Source: Ignavibacteriota bacterium
GTDB lineage: Bacteria > Bacteroidota > Ignavibacteria > UBA10030
Length of the DNA stretch: 64,000 nucleotides
Assembly (NCBI GenBank): GCA_963701295.1
Contig: OY969585.1
Span: 2,368,001-2,432,000 of the forward strand
Reading direction: 5' to 3'
The first letter of the stretch is position 1. Every line of letters starts with the position of its first letter. The translations under genes and the position numbers were made by a program. The notes beneath the pieces were generated by a model, which was not told the origin of the DNA, did no database searches, and was given only the letters and a program-made list of their open reading frames with translations. Shown here one piece after another: positions 31,567 to 42,024 of the stretch.

Positions 31567-32742
31567 ATGATAAAGTCGTATTTCCTTTTATTGTTGCTGA
31601 GTTCTGTTGCTCTTGCCCAATCGCCTGTCCCATCCGGCGCGAAATTAATAACAGTATCGACGGGAATAGAACAGCCCGAAGGTCCGGTATGGAAAGATGG
31701 AAATTTGCTCTTCAGCGACATTCAGGGTAATGTCATATATAAATGGTCACCCGTCGACAGTTTGCGGACGGTATTTCTCTCACCATCGTGGAATTCCAAC
31801 GGCTTGACACTTGACAAGCAAGGGCGGTTGATTCTCACCCAGATGGGTCTTCGGCGGGTATCACGTCAGGAGACCGATGGAACAATCACCGTTCTCACTG
31901 CGACGTTCAGAGGAAAACGATACAATAGTCCGAATGATATCGTCGTGAAATCTGATGGATCGATATTCTTTACTGACCCCGACTATAATGTCCCTGCCGG
32001 TCAGTCGCCAGAACTCAATTTTAAAGGCATATACAGGATAAGTCCGTCTGGAGTTGTGACATTGCTCGACAGTACATTTGACAAACCGAATGGTATTTGT
32101 TTTTCTCCCGATGAGAAAAGATTGTATGTCAACGATACACCAGTGCGGAGTATTTATATGTGGGATGTTGTGGACGATTCGACAATTACAAATAGGAGAC
32201 TATTTTACCAAATTCCCTCGAACTCAGGTGGGGTTGATGGAATGAAGGTTGACCAGGGAGGTAATATCTATTGCGCTGGACCAAACGGGTTGTGGATTAT
32301 TTCATCGACCGGAACGTATCTGGATAAAATCCCCATATCTGTTGGTCCTTCAAATTGCGCTTGGGGTGATTCCGATGGAAAGACGTTATATATCACCGGG
32401 GGGTATGGAGACGGAACACTATATAAAATCCACCTTGCTCCGGCCACAGGAGTCGAAGATTATGGAGCTCTTCCCAAAGCGGAGTTTGAGTTATATGCAA
32501 ATTATCCCAATCCTTTTAATCCATCAACAAACATTTCTTTCAGCCTTCCAAAACGATCTTTTGTGTCATTGAAAGTATTTGATCTAATTGGAAGAGAGAT
32601 CACAACGCTTCTTTCTGAAGAATTGCCAGCGGGAAACCACACGCGACAATGGAATGCTAACAGAGAACCAAGTGGAATTTACTTGTATCGTTTGCAGGCT
32701 GGATCATTTACTGAGACGAAGAAATTGATTTTGCTTAAGTAA
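31567..32742 (+). CDS. SMP-30/gluconolactonase with T9SS CTD
   Basis: PEGPVW, NSPND, PNGICFSPD, DGMKVD; CTD. Confidence 0.92.
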   Translation: MIKSYFLLLLLSSVALAQSPVPSGAKLITVSTGIEQPEGPVWKDGNLLFSDIQGNVIYKWSPVDSLRTVFLSPSWNSNGLTLDKQGRLILTQMGLRRVSRQETDGTITVLTATFRGKRYNSPNDIVVKSDGSIFFTDPDYNVPAGQSPELNFKGIYRISPSGVVTLLDSTFDKPNGICFSPDEKRLYVNDTPVRSIYMWDVVDDSTITNRRLFYQIPSNSGGVDGMKVDQGGNIYCAGPNGLWIISSTGTYLDKIPISVGPSNCAWGDSDGKTLYITGGYGDGTLYKIHLAPATGVEDYGALPKAEFELYANYPNPFNPSTNISFSLPKRSFVSLKVFDLIGREITTLLSEELPAGNHTRQWNANREPSGIYLYRLQAGSFTETKKLILLK

Positions 32743-32754
32743 ATGGCAATTGTA

Positions 32755-32790
32755 CGCTAACCTACTGGTCAAGCTAACGGAATGAGTGTG
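32755..32790 (+). repeat. attC left half
   Basis: CGCTAAC..GTCAAGCTAACGGAATGAG. Confidence 0.7.
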
Positions 32791-32955
32791 GACATCAAAA
32801 GACAGGAAAAATGAAAAAGCAAATCAAAGTTTTACCCATAAACTAAGAAATCCTACCCGAATTCCATCGATGAAGATTCTTCTTTAGACTTAGTAGCGGG
32901 GGCAGGTCAAGCGATTCCAAAAAATATTTTTTTTAGAATTTATTTTTTCTCTTTT

Positions 32956-33213
32956 ATGCGATTTTGTTACATTAGGTCTGCAATGTTCTCATTAATCTAT
33001 TCAACCCGACATACTTCGTGTGGTCAACTTGTCCGGATCTCTGACTATCGTTTTCAGTCACGAGAAGATTTGAAGCTGCATCAGAACTTTGAACCATTGA
33101 AGCTCCATTGCCCAAAGTGCTTGTTAGAAATAAACGCTACTCATTTTGAGCCGTGGGAATTCGTGCGTTTAGGAATGGAAAGAATTGCTGATGAAATGCC
33201 TCTTGAACAATAG
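32956..33213 (+). CDS. Small hypothetical protein (HxxC...CxxC)
   Basis: Homologous fragment at ~12975-13090 supports coding. Confidence 0.4.
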   Translation: MRFCYIRSAMFSLIYSTRHTSCGQLVRISDYRFQSREDLKLHQNFEPLKLHCPKCLLEINATHFEPWEFVRLGMERIADEMPLEQ

Positions 33214-33290
33214 TATGAGGTGCGTGGAAAGCTACTACAAATGATATGGTTTTATTTTTAAAAAATATGATTAAGTTACTTATGTTATCT

Positions 33291-33319
33291 TTGACACTCC
33301 TCGTTTCTTTCTCTATATT
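33291..33319 (+). promoter_or_regulatory. Sigma70-like promoter
   Basis: TTGACA-N17-TATATT. Confidence 0.6.
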
Positions 33320-33478
33320 CTTACGCGGTGTAATTTAGTAGAGTGATATCGTAGAGGTAATTTATTTAATCTCATCTCATAATGGAGTAGACCATAGAAA
33401 AGAATGAGATGCAGTAAAAGTAGACCAAAACTGCTTGCTTCAAGTATGAAATAATCCCATCCAAAAGAAGGGAAAAGG

Positions 33479-36400
33479 ATGAAATTTAAGCCGTTTTTGA
33501 TACTGCTTTTTCTCGTTGATAGTTTCCCTATTATTCATGTCCATGCAGCGGTTGATGGTACCACTGGGACACCACTGGGTGGACTTGGAACCGGTGCAGT
33601 GAAGTTCAATGCTGGCTATGGTACTTTCACTTTTAATGATCAAACGCCCACACGGTACGGAGATTATCAGTTGCTTGCCGGAGCTCAGTTTCAGCTTTAT
33701 ACCAAGAGTGCCGGGTCTATTATAACCAGCTATCCTCTCAAAGCTACACAGATGTCGGGCAGGATCGATGACAATGCTGTTTTCCCGACACACCAGGTCA
33801 ATTTCGGGATCTTAAATGGTACCGGAATCAATCTGAATGCATTCGGGCCTTTCGATCCTATTGTCTCTGATAACATGGCATTCCCGGGTGCATTCTACGA
33901 TTTCACGTTTACCAATACTGGCGATTCGGAGTCGGAAATATCTATAGCGTTTCAAATGACAACCGAACAAAATCCGATCATCATTAGCGGAAAAGGATTC
34001 TCAGACGAGACGGGCCTCCATCAAAAATGTGTCTTTGTTTACGACGAACAAGGTTCTGCAGTTGTAAGTGTCGGAAGCGACAGCGCTTTTTTTCAGACCG
34101 GGAATTGTGAGAATAGTATTAGCGGGAAAACAAATAGAGCTGCGGCTTTTTTCAAACTTCCAGTAGGTGGCGTAAAGACGGTTACCTTCATCTTTGCATG
34201 GTACAACAATTCTGATAAGACACGTTATTACTATACAAATTTTTATGGTAAAGCTACCGAAGTGGCAAACGCGGGGTTGATTCATTTGCCGGTATATAAA
34301 CAAGCCGCTTTTTCATTTGTGAACCGCATGCGAGCGTCAAACCTACCGTCATGGATCATTGATCAAACATTAAACTCGCTTGTCAATATCGTAAATAACA
34401 GCATTTACACAGCGGATGGTCGTTACTGCCACAATGAAGGAATGTATCAGATGGATGGCACCATGGATCAGATGTGGCATAGTCGGCAGATCAACGTCCA
34501 ACTTATACCGGAGATTGCCTGGAAAGAACTCGAGTATTGGGCACGGTGTCAGAAAAAAGCCGTAGCTTCAGAGGGTCAAATTCATCATGATTTCGGGAGT
34601 AATGCCACATACACGATCGCTAGTTGGGATGAATCGGAATATCAGGATTATCGCGATATTGATGCATGGGTGGATTTGAATTGCGGTTTTATTATATCTG
34701 TCTATGAAACTTACATTGCTACGGCAGACAGTATAAAACTTGCTTATCTATGGCCGTATGTGAAGAATGCGGGGCAAAGAATTTTAAATCAGGTCGTTCT
34801 CGAAGGTGATAAAACATATCCCTATACGTTTTCGACTTCCTCAAGTTCGTACGATAATGGGGGTGAGTCACAGGCGTTTAATTCGGGTTTGTCGATAGTG
34901 ACCTACAAAGTCCTTCATTCGCTTGCTGAGGAAATGGGTGAAACGGTTCTGGCTTCTACGTATACGGCAGCATGTGATACTGCTATAAAATATTTCTCCC
35001 AACGTTGGCTCGATCAACCATTTATAACAGGAAAAGCCTGTGAGTCTATTTTGGGGGGACCCTGGATAGCGAATTTTCTAAAATTGGATCAAGACTGGGC
35101 ATCATCAAAACTGAATATTCTTTTTTCCACGATTACTAATTTTTATAGTCCCCTTGGAAGCGGGCTAGGATATGCAGGTGGATCATATGAAGAATGGCAA
35201 ACGTACCTTGTTGGTCATCTCGGAGGCTATGCCCTTCAAACTGGTAGAGTCGATATCTGGCGCGCTTTACAGTATGATATGTATGAACGCAACACGCTTG
35301 ATCGCAATCGGGTCTTTAATGAGCCATTGGGCATACCTTCGAAAGTTATGTCCCCGGTTTACATTGCATCGAATTCCAGCAGTGCCGATCAGTACATCAG
35401 CATTCCGGTTTTGTGGCGAAATTATTATGACCTTATCGGATTTCATCGTAATAAGGCAACTGGAGAACTCTGGCTGGAACCGAATCTTCCGGCAGAATTA
35501 AATCATAACCTTTTGAACGCGTGTATTATTTCTCCCGAGGGATACGCCACTATAAGCACCTCTGAAAGCGGAGACTCGTGGCAGAATCAAAGAATCACTT
35601 TTACATCTGATAAGTCGATTCAGGTAAACGCGATTTATGCAAAAGATAAATACAGCGACACTATCCGGTCAGTCCGGGTAAATGGAGCAGACAAGCAGTA
35701 TATTCGGGTGGGGACCGGGTATCAACGGCAACTGAAAATTATCTGGTCTGGCAGCATCGATTCGTCGGGGATCATACTCGAGGTTGTAGGCGATCCGATC
35801 ATGCTTAAAACTCCTGCGGCACCAGATCAACTCAGAGCCACTTCAGTCTCACCGAGTCGCATTGATCTTGTTTGGCGGAATAATGCCGTAGATGCAACCG
35901 GTTATAGAATCGAATGCAAAATCGGGGGCGTATTTACTACAATTGGAACCGTTGGAGCACATGACACAACATTTTCCCATACAACACTTCTGCAAAATAC
36001 GCAATACTTCTACCACGTTGTGGCTTACAACAATGATGGAAACTCAGGTTTTTCAAATGTGGCGAGTGCGATAACAAAGAGTGCTGGAACAGGTGACGTT
36101 GTGATTGCGATTAATTCCGGCGGTCCCTTGTATCTGGGTAAGGAAGGGACCCAATATATAACGGATGTGAATGCTTCATTCTGCGCTGGTGGGACGGCAT
36201 ATTCCACGACAGCAACCGTTTCGGGAACACCAGATGGCTCGCTTTATCAAACTGAACGGTATGGGATTTTTTCTTATGCCTTGTCCATGCAAAACGGCTA
36301 TTATGAAGTAACACTCAAATTCGCGGAAATCTATCAAACAGGTGCCGGGTTGCGACTATTCAATGTCACCATTGAGGATTCTACGGTAATTTCGAATATG

Positions 36401-36847
36401 GATATTTTTGCCTTGGCTGGGGAAAATTCAGCTTATGATGTAACAATTCCTGTTACTCTTGCGGATGGAATACTCAATATCGCGTTCATCTCTGTTAAGG
36501 ATAATGCAAAACTCAGCGCACTCGTCGTACGCAAAGCTTCGCCGACGGGCGTTAAGAATCGTATAGAACAATCGCAAAAGTGCTTTGCATACTCATTATT
36601 TCAAAATCATCCCAACCCGTTTAACCCGTCGACATCGATCTCATTTACTCTTCCATCGCGTTCTTTTGTAACATTGAAAATATTTGATCTGTTAGGAAGA
36701 GAGGTTTCAACAATTGTCTCGGAGGAATTACCTGCAGGAGACCACTCACGGCAATGGAATGCAGAAGATTTTCCAAGCGGCGTTTACTTCTATCGCTTGC
36801 AAGCTGGTTCATTCATTGAAACAAAAAAACTTGTTTTGCTCAAGTGA
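33479..36847 (+). CDS. GH116-like hydrolase with FN3, malectin and T9SS CTD
   Basis: GTPLGGLGTG, GQIHHD, WVDLN; FN3; LYQTERYG/LKFAEIY malectin; CTD. Confidence 0.82.
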   Translation: MKFKPFLILLFLVDSFPIIHVHAAVDGTTGTPLGGLGTGAVKFNAGYGTFTFNDQTPTRYGDYQLLAGAQFQLYTKSAGSIITSYPLKATQMSGRIDDNAVFPTHQVNFGILNGTGINLNAFGPFDPIVSDNMAFPGAFYDFTFTNTGDSESEISIAFQMTTEQNPIIISGKGFSDETGLHQKCVFVYDEQGSAVVSVGSDSAFFQTGNCENSISGKTNRAAAFFKLPVGGVKTVTFIFAWYNNSDKTRYYYTNFYGKATEVANAGLIHLPVYKQAAFSFVNRMRASNLPSWIIDQTLNSLVNIVNNSIYTADGRYCHNEGMYQMDGTMDQMWHSRQINVQLIPEIAWKELEYWARCQKKAVASEGQIHHDFGSNATYTIASWDESEYQDYRDIDAWVDLNCGFIISVYETYIATADSIKLAYLWPYVKNAGQRILNQVVLEGDKTYPYTFSTSSSSYDNGGESQAFNSGLSIVTYKVLHSLAEEMGETVLASTYTAACDTAIKYFSQRWLDQPFITGKACESILGGPWIANFLKLDQDWASSKLNILFSTITNFYSPLGSGLGYAGGSYEEWQTYLVGHLGGYALQTGRVDIWRALQYDMYERNTLDRNRVFNEPLGIPSKVMSPVYIASNSSSADQYISIPVLWRNYYDLIGFHRNKATGELWLEPNLPAELNHNLLNACIISPEGYATISTSESGDSWQNQRITFTSDKSIQVNAIYAKDKYSDTIRSVRVNGADKQYIRVGTGYQRQLKIIWSGSIDSSGIILEVVGDPIMLKTPAAPDQLRATSVSPSRIDLVWRNNAVDATGYRIECKIGGVFTTIGTVGAHDTTFSHTTLLQNTQYFYHVVAYNNDGNSGFSNVASAITKSAGTGDVVIAINSGGPLYLGKEGTQYITDVNASFCAGGTAYSTTATVSGTPDGSLYQTERYGIFSYALSMQNGYYEVTLKFAEIYQTGAGLRLFNVTIEDSTVISNMDIFALAGENSAYDVTIPVTLADGILNIAFISVKDNAKLSALVVRKASPTGVKNRIEQSQKCFAYSLFQNHPNPFNPSTSISFTLPSRSFVTLKIFDLLGREVSTIVSEELPAGDHSRQWNAEDFPSGVYFYRLQAGSFIETKKLVLLK

Positions 36848-36857
36848 AACAATTGCA

Positions 36858-37070
36858 ACATAACCAGCAACTAAAGCTGACGGAATGAGCCCGCCAAAAA
36901 GACGGCGGGCAAGCGTGGTACGTTAAGCATGGCTTTTGGTGGGTTTCAGTTTCATTATTACGTTTTTTGTACTTCATGACTTTTGTGTAATTAATTTTGT
37001 ATTCAGTATGAACTCGTTTTCAAAAATTTGAAAATTATCAGCGCCGCAGCTTAGTGCCAATCCGTTAGAA
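36858..37070 (+). repeat. attC (213 bp, REP-like insert)
   Basis: ACATAAC...GTTAGAA. Confidence 0.9.
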
Positions 37071-37191
37071 CGCACGAATTATATATGGCGTAATTACTCT
37101 AGATTATATGCCGCGCAGCTTGATGATTGGTTTCGCAAAAGAAGTCTGTGGCTTGAACCAATTGAGGAGAACTATACATACTGGAGGCACA

Positions 37192-39216
37192 ATGTCACGA
37201 TTTAATTTATTATTTATGTTTCTGTTTTGTGCGTTTCAACTTAGTCAATCGCAACTGAGGTATGTGACTGCGGCAAATACGAGTACTATAACTAGCTACG
37301 GTTACGAATACCAAATGACGATTCAAAACAAGAGCAATGTTCTGATTGCTTTCAAAAGAGGTACAGGAGCAACTTCAGCAGACAGAGAAATTCGAGTTGC
37401 ATACTCTGCAGATGCCGGTCGTTCTTTTACTGAATCCAATATAACCATTCCTACTAATACTGGTACCTTTAGTCCAGTTATATCTAGCACCACAAGTTCC
37501 GTTGTCGCCATCTATCAGTATGATTCAAGTGTGACAAGAAATGTGTGTTTAGCGCGATCAACAAATGGGGGCAGTTCATTCACCTTGTCTTCTGTAGCCA
37601 ACTCAAATCTAAGTAATGCATGGTTAGAGACATTCATTTCTGATGGTGTTTCGAAATACTATGTTGGTGATAATTTTTACTTGTTCGCTTCGACTGACGA
37701 TGGCGTCTCATTCAAACAAATGAAAACCCCTTCAGATATGTCGTCCGGATCTGTATCTTATGCTCGTTGGGTAGCAACTCCTAATTATTTGTGGGTTGTG
37801 TATAATAAAGAAGCTGGAGATTCAATTTATGTTTATCGATCTAGCGACAACGGTAATACCTATCAATTCATAACCCAATACTTCGTAGATTTTCCATCCA
37901 ATTATCTTTTTTCCTGTTATGCAGTGGGTGATCAATTGTATATTTCTTGGGTTCACGAGGAAGTCGGAACATACTCGCTCAGAATGAGGACCATCACTGG
38001 AACTACAGTTGGCCCAATAAGAGATGTTCTTGTAACAACATCTAGCATCGACAAACCAATTTTGAAGAAAACTTCTGGTCGGGTTTTTATAGGAGTCTCT
38101 GATCAAATATTTCAATCAACAGACTCGGGTAATACTTGGAGTAGGGGTTCTGATGTGACCACGGAGATAAAAAATATAAAAAGCTCTCCAAACCTAAACG
38201 ACTTCATTCCATTGGATGACACGACCATATATTTGCACCTCAATAGTGATTTAACAGGATCATTGACACAGATTCTTTTTGCCAATTGGAAATGGACTGA
38301 TTTTCCAATAACTGATCTGACTGATGATACATTGATTACATTAAGTTCATCCGTCGACATTGGTTGGTGGAATCGTTACGTTGAAACGCCCATATACCGT
38401 TTGCAGATGTCAAATTCTCCGAGTTTTTCTCAGGTCATCTTTGATACTCTTGGAACATACTACTCATACATTCCTATGAAGAAAAGATTCCAAGCAAACG
38501 AAACAAGGTATTACTACCGAGTTCGTGGAGAGGATAATGGATACAATACTTCCTGGTCCCCGACGAAATCTTTCCGCTACGGTTCATCCATCACAGGTTC
38601 ACCTTCTCTCACCGCACCCATAAATGGCAGTACAGTAACCTATCCCAATATTGTCAATTTCCAATGGGGATCTGTAACCAATGCCGATAATTATGTCTTC
38701 CATATGTCGTCCACAACCACTTTTACAGATACACTCAATTATTTTGACTGGTTATCTGAAACTAAGACATCAGCTTTCCCTTGGAAGGGCGGTCTCCCGA
38801 TTTTGAATGGTACTTTCTATTGGCGTGTCAGAGGATTGGAGTATGAAACTGGAAGTACTGGCCCTTGGAGCGTCACGTGGAGCTTCAACTATACCGGGGC
38901 AACAGGGGTGTCTGAGGAACAAGTTGTAATTCCAAAAGACTATTCATTATCTCAGAATTTTCCTAATCCATTCAATCCATCCACAAGGATCACTTTTACA
39001 CTTCCGTTTCGTTCAAGAGTTACAGTCTACATATACAACATACTGGGTCAAGTAGTATCACGACTTTTGGATACCGATCTGGAAAAGGGATTCAAGTCTA
39101 TTGATTGGGAAGCTACGGTTTCCAGCGGAACGTACATCCTTCGCCTTGAGGCTATTTCTCTTCAAAATCCGAATGTCCATTTCGAGAGCACAAGGAAAAT
39201 GATTTTAATGCGATAA
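37192..39216 (+). CDS. Asp-box/BNR repeat protein with Ig/FN3-like domains and T9SS CTD
   Basis: Five SxD/NxGxxF/W repeats; QNFPNPFNPST. Confidence 0.8.
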   Translation: MSRFNLLFMFLFCAFQLSQSQLRYVTAANTSTITSYGYEYQMTIQNKSNVLIAFKRGTGATSADREIRVAYSADAGRSFTESNITIPTNTGTFSPVISSTTSSVVAIYQYDSSVTRNVCLARSTNGGSSFTLSSVANSNLSNAWLETFISDGVSKYYVGDNFYLFASTDDGVSFKQMKTPSDMSSGSVSYARWVATPNYLWVVYNKEAGDSIYVYRSSDNGNTYQFITQYFVDFPSNYLFSCYAVGDQLYISWVHEEVGTYSLRMRTITGTTVGPIRDVLVTTSSIDKPILKKTSGRVFIGVSDQIFQSTDSGNTWSRGSDVTTEIKNIKSSPNLNDFIPLDDTTIYLHLNSDLTGSLTQILFANWKWTDFPITDLTDDTLITLSSSVDIGWWNRYVETPIYRLQMSNSPSFSQVIFDTLGTYYSYIPMKKRFQANETRYYYRVRGEDNGYNTSWSPTKSFRYGSSITGSPSLTAPINGSTVTYPNIVNFQWGSVTNADNYVFHMSSTTTFTDTLNYFDWLSETKTSAFPWKGGLPILNGTFYWRVRGLEYETGSTGPWSVTWSFNYTGATGVSEEQVVIPKDYSLSQNFPNPFNPSTRITFTLPFRSRVTVYIYNILGQVVSRLLDTDLEKGFKSIDWEATVSSGTYILRLEAISLQNPNVHFESTRKMILMR

Positions 39217-39271
39217 TGCACAAAAATGTCAATCGGATCAGAAGTGACAATTGTTCAAGCTGCGCGGCATA

Positions 39272-39406
39272 TAATAACCAAAAGCACTATGCTCACATCA
39301 TTTGATATGGATTATAGAGTTCGCTCAATGCAGTTTGCCGCGTGTTGGTCGATTCGCTCTTTTGATAGCGGCAAACTGTGTTGCGTGCTTTTGGTAAACG
39401 TTATAT
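39272..39406 (+). repeat. attC-like site of a different sequence family
   Basis: TAATAAC-CAAAAGCAC...CAGTTTGCCGC/GCGGCAAACTG...GTGCTTTTG-GTTATAT. Confidence 0.7.
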
Positions 39407-39438
39407 AAAATATGACAATATAAAAGGAGGAAGAAGAA

Positions 39439-40506
39439 ATGGCTAAAATATTTACTATAAATATTGATAAATTGTCAACCATGAATGAAAGGCGACTGGA
39501 AAAAGAAGATGTGCTTCACAACCATCTCGAAAAATTCCCTGAGATTATTGCTGAGGCGTTAGATACGGATAATCCACGCAAGTTCATAGTACTCAATAGA
39601 GAAGCAGGGGTAGTTGGCTTCTCTATGGATTTACTTCTTCTCGACCAGAATTATATATTAACAGTGGTTGAAGCCAAGCGAGCAGAAAGTACAGACTTGA
39701 GAAGGAAAATCATTGGGCAAGGTATTGAATATGCAGCGAACCTTGTGATTGTATGGAAGACAAAAAAAATACTCGAACAAGCGAAGGATTATTGGAACGG
39801 CAAGGGAAAGAAACTTCTCGATGAGATAAATACCACCTTTGAACCAGAAGAACCAATAGAGGACGATAATATACTCCTTCAAAAGGTGCAAGAAGGACTC
39901 GATAACTTGCAGATAATATTTGCAGCAGATGGTCCATTTCCCAATGAACTGAAAACTGCCATAGAGTTCTTAAATAAGAATTTTAAAACTATCAAAGTAT
40001 ATGGTCTTGAAGTAAGATACTTCGGAGAAGAAAAGGGACAGCATATTATAACTCCATTAATCGTCGGCCGAACAACTGAAGCAGAAATTGGTAAGTCAAC
40101 AACAAAACAGTGGACAGAAGAGATGTTCCTTTCTGAATTAAAGAAGATATGCGGGGATGACACTGATAAAATCAGAGTTGCAGAAGATTTGCTTAACTTT
40201 TCTAAAGATGAAGGTTCCAAGAATCCGTTTGAGAAAGGTCCGTCAGTATCAGGCAATTTTAATTTCTACGTTAAAGAAGGGACTAAAGACTATGCGCTAT
40301 TTTATGTAAATGCTTTAGGTAATATTTATTTTTATGGATTACAAAATAAAATTCTCTTCACAAAGGAATTAATAAATATTGGTTTTGAGATTTTACCAGA
40401 GAAAAAGGAGAGTCTATTGAGTCTTGGTATTCTGGAGGATCCTGAAAAACTGAAGAATTTCAAGAACATAATAAGGACATACGTTAAAAGTAAATCTGAA
40501 AATTAG
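39439..40506 (+). CDS. PD-(D/E)xK nuclease-like protein (NucS/DUF91-like)
   Basis: E...MDLLLLD...VVEAKR...IIGQGIEY. Confidence 0.7.
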   Translation: MAKIFTINIDKLSTMNERRLEKEDVLHNHLEKFPEIIAEALDTDNPRKFIVLNREAGVVGFSMDLLLLDQNYILTVVEAKRAESTDLRRKIIGQGIEYAANLVIVWKTKKILEQAKDYWNGKGKKLLDEINTTFEPEEPIEDDNILLQKVQEGLDNLQIIFAADGPFPNELKTAIEFLNKNFKTIKVYGLEVRYFGEEKGQHIITPLIVGRTTEAEIGKSTTKQWTEEMFLSELKKICGDDTDKIRVAEDLLNFSKDEGSKNPFEKGPSVSGNFNFYVKEGTKDYALFYVNALGNIYFYGLQNKILFTKELINIGFEILPEKKESLLSLGILEDPEKLKNFKNIIRTYVKSKSEN

Positions 40507-40632
40507 CATGCAGTTAAAATGAGGCATGCATCAGAGAATAAAATATTATATGGTTATTTTGCTTTTAATTGGATCCAACTAATTCTTTTGCACATGTATT
40601 GAATATAAATATTCTACAGCGTGCGTTCTAAC

Positions 40633-42024
40633 CATTTTAAAAAGGAAAGAGTCAAGTAAATAGTAATCTCCCGATGCGTCCCGCAGCAGCGGGATGCGGA
40701 GTTCTTTGAGAGTGATGACGACCGAACACGGCCGGCAGACAGCGATGAGAGAAGCCGCATTATCTATCGAGCAGAACGCCACGACCAGGCAATGACGTCC
40801 AAACCATTTTTCGGATTAACCTCCAATTCATCAAAATACCGATGGTGGAAGCATGTCTCGTCCAAGCGAGAGGTTCCAGATATTTTCACGGCGCAACGCC
40901 TGACTTCCCAATCCAGCGGACGATGCTCTTACGGCATCAGTGAGGAAAGCGGGCTTGTCAGGCGCGGCCATTGCTGAGATTTCTGTCGGTTGATCGGCTG
41001 CCCTTTGAGACCATTATATGATGTTTTGTTCTTTAAGACATAGTAAACAATCTTTGCAAGCTCCTTCGCAAGAACAGCATAGGCGGTTGGCTCGTTAGAT
41101 CGACGAGCTAATTTCTGAAAGAGACGTTTGTATTCAGGATAATACTGAACAGCATGGACAGCGGCATCAGAGAAGGCGATTTTGAGATACTTATTGCCGT
41201 CTTTGCTGGAACGGTGGTGCACGGAACGATTGGGGTTATCAGCCGCAGGGACAAGTCGGCAGTACGAGACAAATCTCTTATCAGAGTCGAAGCGTTCGAT
41301 ACCGTCGATCTCAAGATACACCGTGAAGGCTGAGAGCTTGCCGATCCCTGGGATGTGCAGGAGACGTTGAATATCGTCATTGGGGATCAGGATCGGATGG
41401 AGAGATTTTTCCAGAGCGAGGATCTGAGAGGTGAACATATCGCGAGTATGTTCCAGCACAGCAGTCTGGAAGCGATAGGGATCATGGACAGAGCCGTTAA
41501 ATTTGGCGTGAATGCTGTAGAGACGCAGCAGACAGGCAGAGCGTTGCTGAACGAGCCGTAAGCGAATGCGCATGGTATCTCGTAAGCCGCGAAGATCGCG
41601 GCTGATTTTATGAGCTTGGGGAATGAGTCCCTGCCGTAAGAGGATAGCGAGAGTTTGCGAATCAACTTTATCGGTCTTAACTTTAGCATAGCTGATGGCT
41701 TTGAGATATTTTGCGTGAGCAAGGACGAGATCGATGCCGTGGTCTTCGAGTAAATCGTTGAGCCAGTACCACCCGGTGGTAGACTCGACGACAGCCTGAT
41801 GGGAACCAGGCAAGGAATGGAAGTAATCGAGAACCACCTCGTTGCTATTCTCGACGCGTTGTTGTTTGATGACAGCACCGGTGTCATCGACAGTGGTGAT
41901 ATAACTATTATCAGAGTGCAAATCGATACCTGAGTAATACATGGGAATCTCCTATTGTTGATGATGAATGTTTAATTCTTCAAGCTAAACATACAAAATC
42001 GGGAGGTTCCTTTTTGGTAATATC
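40633..42024 (-). mobile_element. IS110/IS1111 attC-targeting element, copy 2
   Basis: Same ends and insertion point as copy 1. Confidence 0.92.
40929..41942 (-). CDS. IS110-family recombinase (identical protein to copy 1)
   Basis: Same 337-aa sequence. Confidence 0.95.
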   Translation of the reverse strand: MYYSGIDLHSDNSYITTVDDTGAVIKQQRVENSNEVVLDYFHSLPGSHQAVVESTTGWYWLNDLLEDHGIDLVLAHAKYLKAISYAKVKTDKVDSQTLAILLRQGLIPQAHKISRDLRGLRDTMRIRLRLVQQRSACLLRLYSIHAKFNGSVHDPYRFQTAVLEHTRDMFTSQILALEKSLHPILIPNDDIQRLLHIPGIGKLSAFTVYLEIDGIERFDSDKRFVSYCRLVPAADNPNRSVHHRSSKDGNKYLKIAFSDAAVHAVQYYPEYKRLFQKLARRSNEPTAYAVLAKELAKIVYYVLKNKTSYNGLKGQPINRQKSQQWPRLTSPLSSLMP

